Source of the DNA: Octopus sinensis
Taxonomy: Eukaryota
Assembly (NCBI RefSeq): GCF_006345805.1
Contig: NW_021828074.1
Location: 1 to 35,441, forward strand
Length of the DNA: 35,441 nt
Direction: 5' to 3'
The notes beneath the pieces are model-generated. The model made no database searches and was not told the origin of the DNA. It saw only the letters and a list, made by a program, of their open reading frames with translations. This document shows, in pieces, positions 32,623 through 35,441 of the stretch (positions are counted from its first letter, which is position 1; each line of letters opens with the position of its first letter). Both the position numbers and the translations under genes were made by a program.

Positions 32623-33696
32623 AAAACAAATCAAAATAGATGAACATCAATGGAATTTGTATCTTTGTGGCACACAAGAAAACCATCCGAACGTGGCCGT
32701 AGCCAGTACCGCATCGACTGGCCTCCGTGCTGTGGGCACGTAACAAACACCATCCGATCGTGGCCGTTCGCCAGCCTCATCTGGCACCTGTGTCGGTGGC
32801 ACATAAAAAACACCATCCGAAGACCCGGCAAGACTAGTCAGGCCATAACCCGTGGCCCCTACCTGGGACGTAGTCATTCCACCTGTGCATACCTTCCTTC
32901 TTGTGACACTTGTGAAGACCTGTTGAGGCAAGTGAAAATCAAATCAAAACAAATCAAAATAGATGAACATCAATGGAATTTGTATCTTTGTGGTACCAGT
33001 GCCGGTGGCACACAAGAAAATCATCCGAACGTGGCCGTAGCCAGTACCGCATAGACTGGCCTCCGTGCTTTGGGGACGTAACAAACACCATCCGATCGTG
33101 GCCATTCGCCAGCCTCATCTGGCACCTGTGTCGGTGGCACATAAAAAACACCATCCGAGCGTGGCCGTTCGCCAGCCTCGTCTGGCACCTGTGTCGGTGG
33201 CACATAAAAAACACCATCCGAGCGTGGCCGTTCGCCAGCCTCATCTGGCACCTGTGTCGGTGGCACATAAAAAACACCATCCGAGCGTGGCCGTTCGCCA
33301 GCCTCGTCTGGCACCTGTGTCGGTGGCACATAAAAATACCATCCGAGCGTGGCCGTCTGCCAGCCTCATCTGGCACCTGTGTCGGTGGCACATAAAAAAC
33401 ACCATCCGAGCGTGGCCGTTCGCCAGCCTCATCTGGCACCTGTGTCGGTGGCACATAAAAAACACCATCCGAGCGTGGCCGTTCGCCAGCCTCGTCTGGC
33501 ACCTGTGTCGGTGGCACATAAAAATCACCCACTACACTCACGGAGTGGTTGGCGTTAGGAAGGGCATCCAGCTGTAGAAACACTACCAGATCTGACTGGC
33601 CTGGTGCAGCCTTCGGGCTCCCCAGACCCCAGTTGAACCGTCCAACCCATGCCAGCATGGAAAGCGGACGTTAAATGATGATGATGATGATGATGA
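32623..33696 (+). mobile_element. Family C retroposon with a roughly 324-bp direct duplication and 7 tandem 63-bp units
   Basis: AAAACAAATCAAAATAGATGAACATCAATGG occurs at about 32623 and 32947. Units start at 33088, 33151, 33214, 33277, 33339, 33402 and 33465. Ends in a (GAT)n tail. Confidence 0.88.
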
Positions 33697-34052
33697 ATGT
33701 TTCACTCTATCAGACATTGGCAACCTATTGTCTTTTATCTTATTCTCTCAAAGGCTCAATGAAAAAACCAGTGACAGGTGAAATCTGAGCTCACAATGCA
33801 AAGAACCTGTAAAAATGACTGTTACTTACCTCATATGATGCCCAAATAATTCTGCTAATCCACCATCTTGATTTGGTATTTACTTACTGAACCCTTCTCC
33901 CCTCCAACTAGATAAAAAGCTAAGTTAACCAACAGAGGATTTGAACCCAGAATGCCAAGACTTAAAATAGATACTGCAAGATAGCTTGTCTAATGCTCTA
34001 ACAATTCTAATCCCCAACTCTTTATTGATACTTTATTTAGAAAACTCTCTCT

Positions 34053-34266
34053 CTTTTTACTCTTTTACATGTTTCAGTCATTTCACTGTGGCCATGCTGG
34101 AGTACCACTTTTAGTCAAGCAAATCGACCCCAGGACTTATTCTTTGTAAGCCTAGTACTTATTCTATCAGTCTCTTTTGCCAAACCGCTAAGTTACGGGG
34201 ATGTAAACACACCAGTATCGGTTGTCAAACGATGTTGGGGGAACAAACACAAACACACAAACATAT

Positions 34267-34319
<53 letters not shown>

Positions 34320-34505
34320 ATATATATATAATATATATATATACAACGGGCTTCTTTCAGTTTCCGTCTACCAAATCCACTCACAAGGCTTTGATTGGCC
34401 CGAGGCTATAGTAGAAGACACTTGCCCAAGGTGCCAAGCAGTGGGACGAACCCGGAACCATGTGGTTGGTAAGCAAGCTACTTACCACACAGCCACTCCT
34501 ACACC
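34053..34505 (-). mobile_element. Family A SINE, full length
   Basis: Reverse complement of 6455-6868. Confidence 0.92.
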
Positions 34506-35141
34506 ACTATGGAAGTATAAAAGGAAAACTTGACCTCAGTAGGATTTGAACACAGGGTGTAAGGGAGCTGAATCAAAATATCAGAAAGTACTCTGCTTGA
34601 CACTCTGGCAACTAATGCTAATTCACTAAACAATGTAGAATAATTACCAGCTGGAGATTGAAACAAGGCAGTAGACTTAACTCACTGAATGCTCACATTC
34701 TACTTTACAGCAGTTGCCTGAAGCAAGTAATATTATAAATTACTTTCTGTGGTTTCCTAAAACTTGACCTCTAGCAGGTTCTACAATATATCAATGATGG
34801 TTTCATGTGTCATATTACGCATTGTCTGCCACAAAAAAAAATCATCAATTTTACTTTCATGCTATGCTTCCTTCACTGTAGTAACAACATCATATTACAG
34901 CAATGATGAATTGTCACAAAAAATCATTTTTAATATATTATTTGCATTATTTTTTTCTCTTCTGATGCCACATAAATGATATTGGTTGTTTAATAAGTAA
35001 TTAAGATTTAATGAGCTCATTATAACTCACTGTTCCATTTTTCACTTCTCTAAAAATCAAGTGAATATTTCAACCATAGGCATAGAAATTTGAAGTACAT
35101 GCCACATGAATACTATGCAGTAAATAGAATGAAGCCTTGTC

Positions 35142-35441
35142 TTATTTTGTATAATTGGCGCAGTATGAAGGGCCAGCTCTGTTCTTGTTATCATTATTTA
35201 AACCCTTGGACCAGCCCTGATCAATCAGATCTATGATTAAAAGGATTCCAGCCATGACCATCCGATCTATTTTGACTAAGACAGCATTATCCAATAATAT
35301 ACTTTCCTTTATGTAAAAATGACAGGGATTTGTGAGGGATTTGGTTGTTATTTCTTGTAGGCTAAACAACTGCATAAATGCCTCTTCATTTATTAGGCTA
35401 CAATGAAACCATGTCCATCTTGTCATTTTCTCAGACACATT
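35142..35441 (-). CDS. Possible terminal coding exon, open to the window edge; product unknown
   Basis: A non-repetitive 99-codon open frame (NVSEKMTRWTWFHC...SYCANYTK*) lies in AT-rich unique sequence. I recognise no domain, and an ORF this long can arise by chance. Confidence 0.25.
   Translation of the reverse strand, partial: NVSEKMTRWTWFHCSLINEEAFMQLFSLQEITTKSLTNPCHFYIKESILLDNAVLVKIDRMVMAGILLIIDLIDQGWSKGLNNDNKNRAGPSYCANYTK

Noticed and set aside
33088-33525. Possible CRISPR array
   Set aside because: The units are contiguous with no unique spacers, there are no cas genes, and the context is eukaryotic.
32954-33658. 234-aa and other ORFs with 21-aa repeats
   Set aside because: They result from the 63-bp tandem unit in a retroposon and are open in multiple frames on both strands.

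Overview
AT-rich, repeat-saturated eukaryotic DNA, probably an octopod cephalopod (inferred from the tRNA-derived SINE families) and probably intronic or intergenic. Nearly all ORFs in the supplied track are microsatellite or repeat artefacts. The window holds several tRNA-derived SINE families, a 3' fragment of a CR1/L2-like LINE, (GAT)n-tailed retroposon 3' ends, non-autonomous Helitrons, Tc1/mariner- and piggyBac-type MITEs, and many microsatellites. The least obvious signal is about 16 type I hammerhead ribozyme (HHR) motifs, intact or decayed, within Penelope-like (PLE) terminal-repeat remnants and long inverted repeats. These include a fully canonical copy (27536-27662, minus), dimer-type minimal copies, and a five-copy subfamily with a fixed non-canonical core (CUGUNGA plus an extra A). 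The best-preserved HHRs lie mostly on the minus strand. No host gene could be identified confidently; only weak exon candidates are noted. All structures were read by eye and none was computed.
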